Shown one piece after another: positions 51,641 to 64,000 of a stretch of DNA of 64,000 bases (within the stretch, counting starts at the first letter, position 1; each line of letters starts with the position of its first letter). Both the position numbers and the translations under genes were made by a program. Source of the stretch: Eledone cirrhosa (taxonomy: Eukaryota); NCBI GenBank assembly GCA_964016885.1, contig OZ024759.1, forward strand, positions 17,298,001-17,362,000. The letters are read 5' to 3'. Below the pieces are notes generated by a model. It did no database searches, was not told where the DNA came from, and worked only from the letters and a program-made list of their open reading frames with translations.

Positions 51641-51688
51641 AACTTAAAATATATCAATTGCAGGTATTACAATAATCTACCATCTTAC

Positions 51689-51884
51689 CTGTGTTTTATT
51701 CTTGCAACCTCGACACTCAAAAGTCTGGTTCCTCAGGTTGGCAATGCACACCAAACCACATAAGTTGCATACGTGCACACGATATGGATCTGATACTTCA
51801 AACAGTCTCTCTCGTAGAAATTGTGCAGCACCATGAGCAATCTGGCAATCGCGCTCCATCTCACCAAAACGCAAACCTCCATCA
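51689..51884 (-). CDS. POLR2B: RPB2 exon (zinc-binding region)
   Basis: [28 protein letters not shown]...CNLCG...CRGCKNKTQ. Confidence 0.97.
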
Positions 51885-51898
51885 CTGAAATTAATTAA

Positions 51899-52468
51899 CC
51901 CTTTCGTTAACATATTTCTAAGGATATATATACACTCTATTTCAATTAATTAATTAATTAAGAATTTGGAGGGATTTACCAAAACTATTAATTATTTTAT
52001 TACTAAGACAGATATAACAAATGGTAAGAATTTAGAACTATGTTAGAAAACCAGCTGTCGGTGATGGGGTGTGGGGGGGGGGGGGGGGTGCAGATGATAA
52101 GGCAAAATGGAGAAGCTTGTTATGGGGCCTACAAAGCTAAATTCTGCTTTACTAGGGAAAAAAGACTTAAAACACTTGTTCTTTTGTTGTATAAAGACAA
52201 AGCAAATGTTTTGTGTCATAGAATCAGGAGCAGTTTCATGCAGTAAAAAGTTAAGAAAATTTCTAACAAGGAATGTTTTCAAATTGCTTGTTTCGAACAG
52301 TAAATGAATTGATCTATAATAATTATATATTATAAGAACAAGGATATGGTCTGAACATGGAAGAGCCAAACTCCCACTGTCATCGCCTCCCCACATCCCT
52401 GGCGGACAGAATAGAGAAGGCATTTCCCCGGAGGATGGTAAGGGAGATGCAGTTCAGCATCAAAAGGG
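51899..52468. mobile_element. TTAA-flanked piggyBac-like element, possibly composite
   Basis: TTAA|CCCTTTCG ... CAAAAGGG|TTAA; the same left end occurs inverted at ~6870-6925. Confidence 0.5.
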
Positions 52469-52496
52469 TTAAAATTGTCTGCAATGGTTAACATAC

Positions 52497-52657
52497 CGAG
52501 ATCTTCCTTCCATAGGTTGTCTGTTCATAATCTGCAAAGGTCCACGGGCCCTAGAATGAATTTTGTCATCCACCATATGTTTTAAACGTTGGTAGTATGT
52601 GGGCCCCAAGAAAATCTGGGCATTCAGTTTTCTTCCTGTGTGTCCGTTATACAAAAT
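52497..52657 (-). CDS. POLR2B: RPB2 exon
   Basis: [54 protein letters not shown]. Confidence 0.97.
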
Positions 52658-53938
52658 CTACCATAATAAAAAAAAAACAATAACAAAACAGAAAATAATA
52701 AATAATACGTAGTATATAAATCATTCATAAGAACCCCCCAATTAAATATTTTTCCTTTGTTGTGTTCATCATCATCATCATTTTTACACCCATTGTTCCA
52801 CGCTTCCATCCAGGTCTTCCTTCCACTGGGATTATTTGGCACTTCTTCACTCCACAATCATCATCAATGTGCATCACATGTCCATACCCACACTGCCTTC
52901 TCTCCTGCACACCACCTCTGTCATGTCTGTTTGTACTCGGTTTAGAATACATACACTATATTTCTGCGTGTCAAACAAAAAAAGAAAGTCTAAAGTCTGT
53001 CCCAAGCCCAGGGGCTCACCAGGTTGGTGCTTATTCCAGTTTCATTGGTGTTAAGTGACAGAATATAGCACTTCCCCCTGGACATCACACCAGTCCATCA
53101 CCAGGTTAATCTCCCCTCCCTCAGATACTGTTGGCACTCATTTTCAGTTAAATGAACTGAAGCACACTACCCAGCTCAAGAATAGAAAATACAACATTAA
53201 GATCATAAGTCCAACACCCCTAACCACTTTACAGAATGTACTGAGTGCATTTTATTGAGTTATCATAGCTATCTCATTACAGAGTGGACTGGGTGCATTT
53301 TGTTGTGGCACCAGCACTACCCCCAACACTGGTGAAGTTGGCAAGACCAAAAGGTCTACTTTACCCCACCTTCCCTCTCCCTTGCTCATCCAACACTTTA
53401 CAGGAACAATAGGTACTGAGGGTGCTACATCAAGATAAAAACACTAGAGAGGTTGCTTTGTCCATTTATCCATTGCACTCTAAAATGGAAGCTTCTCCAC
53501 TTGATGTAGTCTCCGATCTCTAGCCATATTTCATCATTTAATGTCTGCTTCCCCTGCTAGCAAGAGTTGGAAAAGTCTTCACTTATATACAGTGTATTTT
53601 ATTGTGGTTAAAAGGTTGTCATGTCTTTGATACAACTGAATTGTCCTCCCAACCTTTTGTGTGGCAAGCTTTCTACGATTGGATAACCTTCCTACCACTA
53701 ACTACTTGGTCTGTTTATCATGTAGATCACCAACATTAGAGATGTCAGATTTTTGACACAACTGAAGATCCTTCTAATCTTCTGTTTGGCAAGCTTTCTA
53801 TAGCTGGATGCCCTTCCTATCACCAATCACTTTATAGCACCTACTGGGTGCATTTACAATGTAGATTACCCAATATAAGAAGACAATAAAAAGTAAAATA
53901 GTAAAAACAAAAAGCTATAAAAGTAGGTATTTACTGAC

Positions 53939-54160
53939 CTCGTTACCTCTGAGATGGTAACCGTATTGCTGTAGCAGGTTAGACACTTTCTGTACATTGA
54001 CAGCATCATTGAATGGCGAGGCATCACCGATCTCACCCTTGTTTGCAGCTACCTTGCCCTGAAGGCACTCGATTAAATGGCCAATGGTCATACGTGAAGG
54101 AATGGCGTGAGGGTTAACAATCAGATCAGGTGATATACCTTCACAGGTAAATGGCATGTC
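53939..54160 (-). CDS. POLR2B: RPB2 exon
   Basis: [37 protein letters not shown]...YGYHLRGNE. Confidence 0.97.
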
Positions 54161-54249
54161 CTAGAAGAAAAAGAAGAAATCATCATCATCATTATCAGTA
54201 TCACCATTCTTTGTCCTGCTTCTATACTGGCATGGGCTGGACGGTTTAA

Positions 54250-54447
54250 CCCTTTAGCATTTAAACTGGCTGTATCCAGTCAGAATTCTCTCACCTCTTT
54301 CTGCTCAAACTGATGTTAAGGTGTTGTTCTCAAAATAAATAATATCAAAATCTCATAGATTTGATATTATGTGAGGTAATTATGTCAGGTAAAGCCTTTA
54401 CCATGAAGATACAATAGTATAAATAGAGTAATGTAAATGCTAATGGG
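54250..54447. mobile_element. piggyBac-like MITE, same family as 9398
   Basis: TTAA|CCCTTTAGCATTTAAAC...GTAAATGCTAATGGG|TTAA. Confidence 0.8.
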
Positions 54448-55232
54448 TTAAGTCACAAGAAAATTGAAAATGAAATTTACAGCTCAAACCTATACAGATT
54501 TAGGAGGTTTTTAGTTTTTTTTTAATGCTGGGGTCCCAGTCTTATGTTGTTACAGTTTACACTTATGTAGGTTTAGCTGTCCTTCAATGGGGTTACATCT
54601 CATAGGTTTCTTGTCTGTTTCAAATCAAATTGTTGTTGTCAGATCTCACACCTATGTAGGTTTAGCTGATCTCCTACAAGGTTGCATCTAATAGAATGTT
54701 CCTTAGGTGTTTTAATGAGAGGGCCCCAGTCCTGCCATGAATGAATACATATATTATTATTCTTGTTACAGCTCACACCTATACAGGTTTAGCTGGCCTC
54801 CTCTGAGGTTGCACCTCATAGGGTGTTTTAATGATAGGAGCCCCAGTCCTATTACACAGAAATATATATGCTGTTACAGCTCTCACCTATGTAGGTTTAG
54901 CCAGCCCCTTAAAAATTGCATACCAAAGGAGATTGCTTGAGTGTTTTAATGAAAGGGGCCTCAGTCCTATCAAGTTCTTATTAAGGTTCACACCTATGTA
55001 GATTTTATTGGCTCAAGGTATTGCATCTCATAGGTTTTCAGATGTTTAAATGACAGGTCCCAAGTCCTATCATGATAACCGACAGGAAATGAAGTGTCTT
55101 GGTTAAGAAGGCATCACACCATCCAGTTCAGGAATTCAACCATCAACCTTATGGTTGTTGAGTCCAACACCCTAACCATAAGGCCAACCATAAGGCCACA
55201 AACACCAATGATAATCTAAAAAAACCTCTCAC

Positions 55233-55370
55233 CTCTTGTCTGTATGTGATACCACAGGTTCCTTTCTGTCCGTGACGACTGGCAAATTTATCACCAATCT
55301 GTGGAGTTTTCACTGTACGTACACGGATCTTACAAAACTTGAAACCTTCCTGATTGATTGTCACCATGAC
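55233..55370 (-). CDS. POLR2B: RPB2 exon
   Basis: [46 protein letters not shown]. Confidence 0.97.
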
Positions 55371-55452
55371 CTAGTGAAAGGAGAAAATGATTAGCCATGT
55401 CTTTCTTGGTCTTCCCTTTCCTCAACTTCCTTCCTTATTCATTTCCACCACT

Positions 55453-56422
55453 CCTCACCCAGTCACTTTCATCCTTCCTCAACACATGACCCAACCATCT
55501 CATTCCTTATCTCTTCACAACATCCATCACTGGCTCTATTCCTCTCACCCAGTCACTTTCATCCTTCAACACATGACCCAACCATCTCATTCCTTATCTC
55601 TTCACAACATCCATCACTGGCTCTATTCCTCTCACCCAGTCACTTTCATCCTTCAACACATGACCCAACCATCTCATTCCTTATCTCTTCACAACATCCA
55701 TCACTGGCTCTATTCCTCTCACCCAGTCACTTTCATCCTTCAACACATGACCCAACCATCTCATTCCTTATCTCTTCACAACATCCATCACTGGCTCTAT
55801 TCCTCTCACCCAGTCACTTTCATCCTTCAACACATGACCCAACCATCTCATTCCTTATCTCTTCACAACATCCATCACTGGCTCTATTCCTCTCACCCAG
55901 TCACTTTCATCCTTCAACACATGACCCAACCATCTCATTCCTTATCTCTTCACAACATCCATCACTGGCTCTATTCCTCTCACCCAGTCACTTTCATCCT
56001 TCAACACATGACCCAACCATCTCATTCCTTATCTCTTCACAACATCCATCACTGGCTCTATTCCTCTCACCCAGTCACTTTCATCCTTCAACACATGACC
56101 CAACCATCTCATTCCATATCTCTTCACAACAACCATCACTAGCTCTATTCCTCTCACCCAGTCACTTTCATCCTTCCTCAACACATGACCCAACCATCTC
56201 ATTCCATATCTCTTCACAACAACCATCACTGGCTCTATTCCTCTCACCCAGTCACTTTCATCCTTCCTCAACACATGACCCAACCATCTCATTCCATATC
56301 TCTTCACAACAACCATCACTGGCTTTATTCCTCTCACCCAGTCACTTTCAGCCTTCCTCAACACATGACCCAACCATCTCATTCCATATCTCTTCACAAC
56401 ATTTATCACTGGCTCTATTCCC
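55453..56422. repeat. 87/90 bp minisatellite (~11 copies) derived from RTE LINE coding sequence
   Basis: 29- and 30-aa periodicity in the ORF track; minus strand reads MRWLGHVL(R)KDESDWVR. Confidence 0.9.
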
Positions 56423-56494
56423 ATAATCCTTGGCTGGATAAGTCTAATTAACATGGCTTACTATTGCCTTATAATAACAGAAATTTAGTCGTAC

Positions 56495-56575
56495 CTGGTC
56501 AATAATGCCAGTTTCACTTCTTCTCATGAACACACTAGCATCTCGCTTGGCAAACCTTCGAACGACACTATCAAG
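56495..56575 (-). CDS. POLR2B: RPB2 exon
   Basis: [27 protein letters not shown]. Confidence 0.93.
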
Positions 56576-56829
56576 CTGCAACAAAGAGTAGAAAGGAAAC
56601 ATTAAATAATGGTCTTCATTTTAAAAATGCCTATACATCTATATAGGAAAAAGTATGACCCTGATGGCAGAGCTCAAGCCGTTTCGACGGCTATTTCTGG
56701 ACCAGAAATAACCGTCGAAATGGCTTGGGCTCTGCTATTGGAGTCATACTTTTTCCTATTTCCCATTCTACTACCCTAAGTATTGAGTACTCTGGTGCGT
56801 TATGGTCCATCTGGTTCCTTACCACAATT

Positions 56830-56881
<52 letters not shown>

Positions 56882-56933
56882 GGTATGCAAATGTGTGTGT
56901 GTATGAAAGTGATTGACAACTAACTAAGTTTAC

Positions 56934-57055
56934 CTCGTTCTCATTCGGTGGCAGGGTCAGTGTTTTACCAATAAGTACATCATCACCAGACACCCTGGTA
57001 CCAGGAGCTATGATGCCATCCTCATCTAGTTTGTCATATATGGCATGCCGCATTC
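56934..57055 (-). CDS. POLR2B: RPB2 exon
   Basis: [41 protein letters not shown]. Confidence 0.96.
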
Positions 57056-57829
57056 CTGAAATTGAAACAATCATTACAGTGAGACAAAAACCAAACACCA
57101 AGAATTCTTAATGGAAATTAACCCTTTAGCATTTACATTATTCATCATTATCATCATTTTATGTCCGCTTTTCCCTGCTTGCAAGGGTAGGATGGGTCCT
57201 ATTCAGCACAGCATCTCTTCATTCGTCACGATCCTTTGTCATCTCCTCTGTGAGCTTCAGTGATCTGAGGTCAGCTCTCCCCACCTCCATCTATGTTTTT
57301 CGTGGTCTTCCTCAACTGCATCTTCCTTCTACTGGGATTTCTTGGCACTTCTTTACCCAGCGGACATCCTCTATGCGCATCACATGTCCATACCAACGCA
57401 GTCTTCTCTCCTACACCCTATCCCCCTTATACACAGTTTTTACTATATTTACTATTGTATTTTCACAGTAAAGGCTTTATAGACATACATTGTTGTACTT
57501 CATGACAGCAACCCATCAACAGTTATGGAGCTATATAAAAAAATTAAGATCTATCATAAATGATTGTGACAGCTGACATGGATCCTGTATATCTATGTGT
57601 GATTGTCACCTGTACAGGTATTTCAAAGTGACGGATATAAAAACGATGTTGATGATGGCAATGTAGAGTCATCATCATCATCGTTTTTATGTCGACTTTT
57701 CTATACTGGCATGGGTTGGATAGGACTTTTTGAGGCAATGTTTTACAGACTTCCTGACGTCAATCCTTTTAGACACTTCTTACGACATGAAGGAATGTGG
57801 TAAAAAGAGAGTCAAATGCCTATTAATAA

Positions 57830-58320
57830 TTACAGGTTGAAACATTTATAGACCTTGTTTAGGGAGGTCATTCTTCTTTCACTTGCAGCGACGGGTTTCT
57901 GACATCCATGTATAAATAATTATCTTTTTTAACACTCAATTCAATATAAGCATATATTTATTGTTAGAAGGCCGAATTTATATACATTGGAAGATATAAG
58001 AAATGAAAGCAATTACTGGCCATTAGGTTGAAGCTAGGCAGTTACCGTCTAGAACAGAACAGGGAACGTTGAATATCTTATACCGTAATAGAACAATTCC
58101 CCGAGATGTAGAATATGTCTAGTTGATAAATATTTAGTTCCTCTTTACAGGAAAAATACAAGGAATAGCACATCTCTTGCTGTCAAGAGTTATCTCTACT
58201 GAACTAGAAGCTTTTATAAGGAGGAGACAACAATGTATTCATATACGATCTAATACGATTGGTTTGTTTCACCAAATCACATATGAAACATTGCTTTGAA
58301 AGGTATGAAGTGAAACACTA
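57830..58320 (-). mobile_element. Possible decayed Penelope GIY-YIG fragment
   Basis: Frameshifted YV.GETNQS..DRIYE resembles the YIGET..R..EH motif. Confidence 0.35.
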
Positions 58321-58425
58321 CAATGGTGTATCCAGTCTAAACCAGATACATATGGACGTAGAAACAATGAAGATGATAGCAGAATAAAGAGATTATAAAA
58401 GTAAAGAAAAGGAAAATAGTTTAAC

Positions 58426-58520
58426 CTTGAACAAATTCTTTAGTTGGTTTCTCAAATATTTCTTCCTGGTCCATTCCCTTCTTTGATTCTTGATCTTTGT
58501 AGGAACGGAAGAAAAATGAC
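58426..58520 (-). CDS. POLR2B: RPB2 exon
   Basis: [31 protein letters not shown]; phases fit flanking exons. Confidence 0.93.
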
Positions 58521-58990
58521 CTGCAAGATAAAGTAATTGATGTTCACATTACATCTTCTCAACAAGAAAGATGAACAAACCTGCCTCAAACCTTAATTTT
58601 AAATCTTTAATTTTTAATTCTTTTTAATTGTAATACTCACCAATTGATGAGATGGATTTCACTGATACATCGAAACCCGTTATATTTTATATACATTATA
58701 AAACTCTTTTTGTAAAAAATTTGTCCCTCTCATTTTTTCAATAATGTCACTTTGACGAATCAAAGAAGAAAAAAAAAGAAAAACAGACCCTTAATTATAT
58801 TTTCCATGCTATTTCCAATTCCACCCTCTCTCTCTCTATATATATATATATATACAAAGAATATATAGGTGGATTACTGATATATATCAGGTGAACACAG
58901 TTAAAAAGGTACTCAATACGTTAGAATATAGGCATATTTATTTTATTATAGAAATGATATAATAAAATATATATATACATATAATATATA

Positions 58991-59133
58991 CAGGTAAAAT
59001 TCTGTTATAATGAAATTTTTTCAATCCTCGGCCACATGCTCGATGTGTTAGGTCAATCTCATTATAAAGAAATTTTCATTGCAACAAATTTTCTTTTATA
59101 CCCTGTGAATTTCGTTATAACGGAATTTCACTG
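58991..59133. mobile_element. Tc1/pogo-type MITE
   Basis: TIRs CAGGTAAAATTCTGTTATAATGAAATT / AATTTCGTTATAACGGAATTTCACTG. Confidence 0.65.
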
Positions 59134-59374
59134 TGTATATATATATAATTATATATAATTAATTTGAGTATGTGTTGGTTAATTACCGACACTTCAGTGT
59201 GCAGGGTAGAGCACTCAACAAAGTGCAGAGGTGGGTCTGTTTACTCTGGAGTATATTTATTAACAAGTAGAGACTATGAATAAACGAAGTTAATTTTAAC
59301 CTGTTGATTTACACTTCTTGTTTATATATATATATATATATACATATGATACACAAGTAAATTTGTCAGCAATA

Positions 59375-59928
59375 TACATATAGAACATCTTGTACAAAAT
59401 TACTGACAGGTAGATCCTAGTAAAGTCATCTAAAACAAACTTCAGAAGTATCTTTCCTTAGGGGTAGATCCTACTAGAGTAATCTAAAACAAAAAAACTT
59501 CAGAAGTATCTTTCCCTAGGGGTAGATCCTAGTAAAGTAATCTAAAACAAACCTCAGAAGTATCTTTCCCTAGGGGTAGATCCCAGTAAAGTTATCTAAA
59601 ACAAACTTCAGAAGTATCTTTCCCTCGGGGTAGATCCTAGTAAAGTAATCTAAAACAAACTACAGAAATATCTTTCCCTCGGGGTAGATCCTAGTAAAGT
59701 AATCTAAAACAAACTACAGAAATATCTTTCCCTCGGGGTAGATCCTAGTAAAGTAATCTAAAACAAACTACAGAAGTATCTTTCCCTCGGGGTAGAGTCT
59801 TAGTTAAGCAGCCTATTCTAGTTTTAGGTTGCTTAACTAAGATTCTTCCCCGAGGGAAGTGTTTCGTGTTTTAGACTACTTTACTAAGATCTACCTATTG
59901 GTAATTTTGTATAAGATGTTCTATATAT
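59375..59928. repeat. Foldback element with ~7 copies of a 54 bp unit in the left arm
   Basis: TATAGAACATCTTGTACAAAATTAC mirrored at 59901-59925; GTAGATCC.AGTAAAGT.ATCTAAAAC every 54 bp; central hairpin near 59800-59841. Confidence 0.8.
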
Positions 59929-60171
59929 GTGTATGTGTATATATATATATATATACACACATACATACCAACTCATGCAAGCATAGAAAAATAGACACTA
60001 AACGATGATGATAATGATGACATAAATACATATATAATATATATATATACACACATATATATGAAGAAAAAGAAGAGACTAAAGACCTTAATTTTTTAAC
60101 GTGCTGTGGCCATAATGCTGTTTTGTACTTTTTAAGGATATCTTAATGTGGTAATGGACATTAACTGTTAA

Positions 60172-60554
60172 ACCTTTAGCATTTATACTACTCTATATAT
60201 ACTATTGTATTTTTGTGGTAAAGGCTTTATCTCACATAATATTGAATCTATGAGATTTTGATATTTATTTTGAGAATAATACCTTAACATACCATATTTC
60301 CAGGCGCCGAAGACGCTTCGTCCTCGAGGACGGACCCTAATTTTGACAACCAAAAATTTGAAAAAAAAAAAAATAATAATAAACAACCTTTGGCCCCCAG
60401 GACGCATGGAAGATTTTTTAGACTTATTTTAGGAAAAAAGTAGCCTCTTCGACGCCAGGAACTATGGTAAGTATGAGCAGCCGGTTATGGCCAGTTTGAA
60501 CAGAAAGAAGCAAGAGAATTCTGGCTGAATACAGCCAGTTTAAATGCTAAAGGG
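60172..60554. mobile_element. piggyBac-like MITE containing a nested TA-flanked pogo/Tc1-type MITE (60292-60467)
   Basis: Outer TTAA...AAATGCTAAAGGG|TTAA; inner TA|CCATATTTCCAGGCGCCGAAGA ... TCTTCGACGCCAGGAACTATGG|TA. Confidence 0.75.
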
Positions 60555-60608
60555 TTAATGCAGGTAAAACAAACAAACAAAAAAATGGTATAATAAGCAG
60601 CACAGCAC

Positions 60609-60705
60609 CTGAAATATCCTCGGTCAACAGCGGAAGCATTCAAAATGATGGAATCTTCTTGATTGTAGCCAGTATAGGAAGCAATGGCGACTATAGAATT
60701 AATAC
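60609..60705 (-). CDS. POLR2B: RPB2 exon
   Basis: [33 protein letters not shown]. Confidence 0.96.
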
Positions 60706-60821
60706 CTATAAAGAAGTACACAATAAGAAGCATGTGAAGTTTGTATTAAAACTTTTGTTACGATATTTTGAAATTAAATGCACTACCCTTCAGTAATGTC
60801 GAGGACATGACGGCCTCCTAG

Positions 60822-61335
60822 TGGTGGTAATTTACATGATAAATACACCCAGTACACTCTGTAAAGTGGCTGGTGAAAGGAAGGATATCTTAATGTTGGT
60901 AATTTACATGATAAATACACCCAGTACACTCTGTAAAGTGGCTGGTGATAGGAAGGACATCTCAATGTTGGTAATTTACATGATAAATACACCCAGTACA
61001 CTCTGTAAAGTGGCTGGTGAAAGGAAGGATATCTTAATGTTGGTAATTTACATGATAAATACACCCAGTACACTCTGTAAAGTGGCTGGTGATAGGAAGG
61101 ACATCTCAATGTTGGTAATTTACATGATAAATACACCCAGTACACTCTGTAAAGTGGCTGGTGATAGGAAGGACATCTCAATGTTGGTAATTTACATGAT
61201 AAATACACCCAGTACACTCTGTAAAGTGGCTGGTGAAAGGAAGGACATCTCAATGTTGGTAATTTACATGATAAATACACCCAGTACACTCTGTAAAGTG
61301 GCTGGTGATAGGAAAGGCACCCAGCCATAGAAAGT
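60822..61335. repeat. 72 bp minisatellite, ~7 copies, derived from a SINE/RTE 3' tail
   Basis: 24-aa ORF periodicity; unit contains ACACTCTGTAAAGTGGCTGGTGATAGGAAGG and the last copy continues GGCACCCAGCCATAGAAA. Confidence 0.9.
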
Positions 61336-61872
61336 TTGCCAAAGAAAGGGTTAGAAGAACCTTCAGTTGTATCAAAACCTGACAACCTAAAGTCGATTAA
61401 TTCAATCCCCAGTGCATTACTGGTACTTTATTTCAGTGAGCCTGTAAGGATGAAAGGCACACATGTATGCATACACATATTTACATACAAACATATCTAA
61501 CAATTGTTTCTACTTTAGGCACAAGGTCAGCAATTACTCCAGTGCATTACTGGTACTTTATTTTATCGACCCCGTAAGGATGAAAGGCAAAGTTAACCTC
61601 GGCGGGATTTGAACCCAGACCATACTGCCAATCCACCACCCTAACTAAGTAGTAATCATCATCATCATCATCACCGTTTTACCCCCATTCTTCCACGCTA
61701 GTATGGGTTAGACGGGTTGTCCTGTTGAGGGCAATGCCAGGTCAGGTGACCATGTCTTGCTCATACAGGAACTGATTTTGGCTTGATTTCTACAGCTGGA
61801 TGCCCTCCCTAACACCAACCTCATTTACAGTGAGTGCTGGGTGCCTCTTTACCGTGGCGCCTCCACGACTTA

Positions 61873-62790
<918 letters not shown>

Positions 62791-62933
62791 GGACTAAAAA
62801 ATATACAAAAGTTAGAAACCAATAAAATATGTAGAATTTACAATGTAACTGAAAAAACAACAACAAAAAAATATATAAAAAATATAAAAACTACAGTATA
62901 TAACAAAAAAAAACAACAAAAAGTCCACTTTAC

Positions 62934-63126
62934 CTGGTTGTGATCAGGGAACGGAATAATGGAGGCACACACCCCTAGTACCATAGCGGGGTGGATCTCA
63001 CAGTGAGTATATGTAGAGCAGTATGCCATTCCTTGGAGATCATCAGGAGTCATGGCTAACATTACAGTCTCTTCTTCGAGAGGATCAATATATTCCACAA
63101 CACCGCTGGCAACAAGATCCTGCCAA
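62934..63126 (-). CDS. POLR2B: RNA polymerase II second-largest subunit (RPB2), first exon visible in the window
   Basis: [25 protein letters not shown]...[26 protein letters not shown]. Confidence 0.96.
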
Positions 63127-64000
63127 CTAGTAAGAGATAAAAAAAAACAATATTCATTTACTACCTATATTGAATCTTGAGGCAGCGTATTAACAGAGTT
63201 CAGAGAACGTCCGATAGAAAGCTCTGCAACATTCGTTTCAGCTCTCAGACATCAAATCCCGCTGAGGTCAACTTTGCCTTTCATCCATTCGAGGTTGATG
63301 AAAAAAATACCAGTGTAGCTCTGTAGTACTGGGGTTGATTCTTCCTCTATATCTCTTTCTCACTATCTCTATGCTTCTCCAGAAGAAATCTGGTGTATTC
63401 AGAACTGGAGAGGAGATAGATAGGTTCTGCTATGGTTTTAAAATGCCCTATTTCAATATGGCGGCCCTACGACTCCCTCGGGAGTTAGGGGAAAAGATGA
63501 AAGATGATGATGTTGTGTCTTGGGTAATTCCTGAAAGAATACAATTGCCAATGCAAGTGACTAAAATGGAGTTCTTCTGAAGGGACTTCAGAGTAATGTT
63601 GGTCAATAGAGATCAGGGAGTCACTCCATGTACAGCTACTACTTCTCCGAATTGAGAGATCACAGCTCTGGTACTACGGGCATGAGGTTACAATGTCTCA
63701 GTTAAGATACACTACACATATTTTATGCGCAAAGCCAACCAGCAAGAGACCCAGGGGTAGACCACAAGCAAGTGGCTGAAATAGGGTTCCTCTGAAGGGT
63801 CTTTGGAATAAAGTTTCATGATAGGGGGCATAGTTAAGCGATCAGGGCATCACTCCAGGTAGAGATGCTACTTTGCATTGAGAGATCACAGCTCCAGTAC
63901 TATGGACATGTGATTAGAAGAATGTCTAAGGAAAGAATCACTAGACAGATTTTATGGGCAAAGCCAACCAGGAGACCCAGGGGTAGCCCTTGAGCAAGAT

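Overview
AT-rich, microsatellite-dense eukaryotic DNA; the SINE/LINE/MITE repertoire looks like an octopod cephalopod (inference). Two spliced minus-strand genes can be rebuilt by hand from GT-AG exons. One is a complete 10-exon heparanase (GH79; CDS 14808->1842, 560 aa, both catalytic motifs intact). The other is the last 11 exons of RNA polymerase II subunit RPB2/POLR2B (63126->51083), whose 5' part lies beyond the window. Between them is a ~33 kb non-coding structure: two tandem arrays of a ~1.75-1.8 kb unit in opposite orientation (left ~16.2-28.3 kb, right ~32.3-49.6 kb) around a ~4 kb spacer, both with ~5.35 kb trimer higher-order periodicity. Each unit is a mosaic of decayed retroelement pieces and carries three copies of a GCCAC(C/A/T)AG(A/T)GGTCA(C/T) motif, whose best copies differ from a standard CTCF core variant at one base. 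About 55 such motifs point outward from the spacer, the divergent geometry of a chromatin-domain boundary. This 'macrosatellite super-boundary' idea is a hypothesis. Almost all ORFs in the supplied track outside the exons are repeat artefacts. No tRNA, rRNA or CRISPR array was found.
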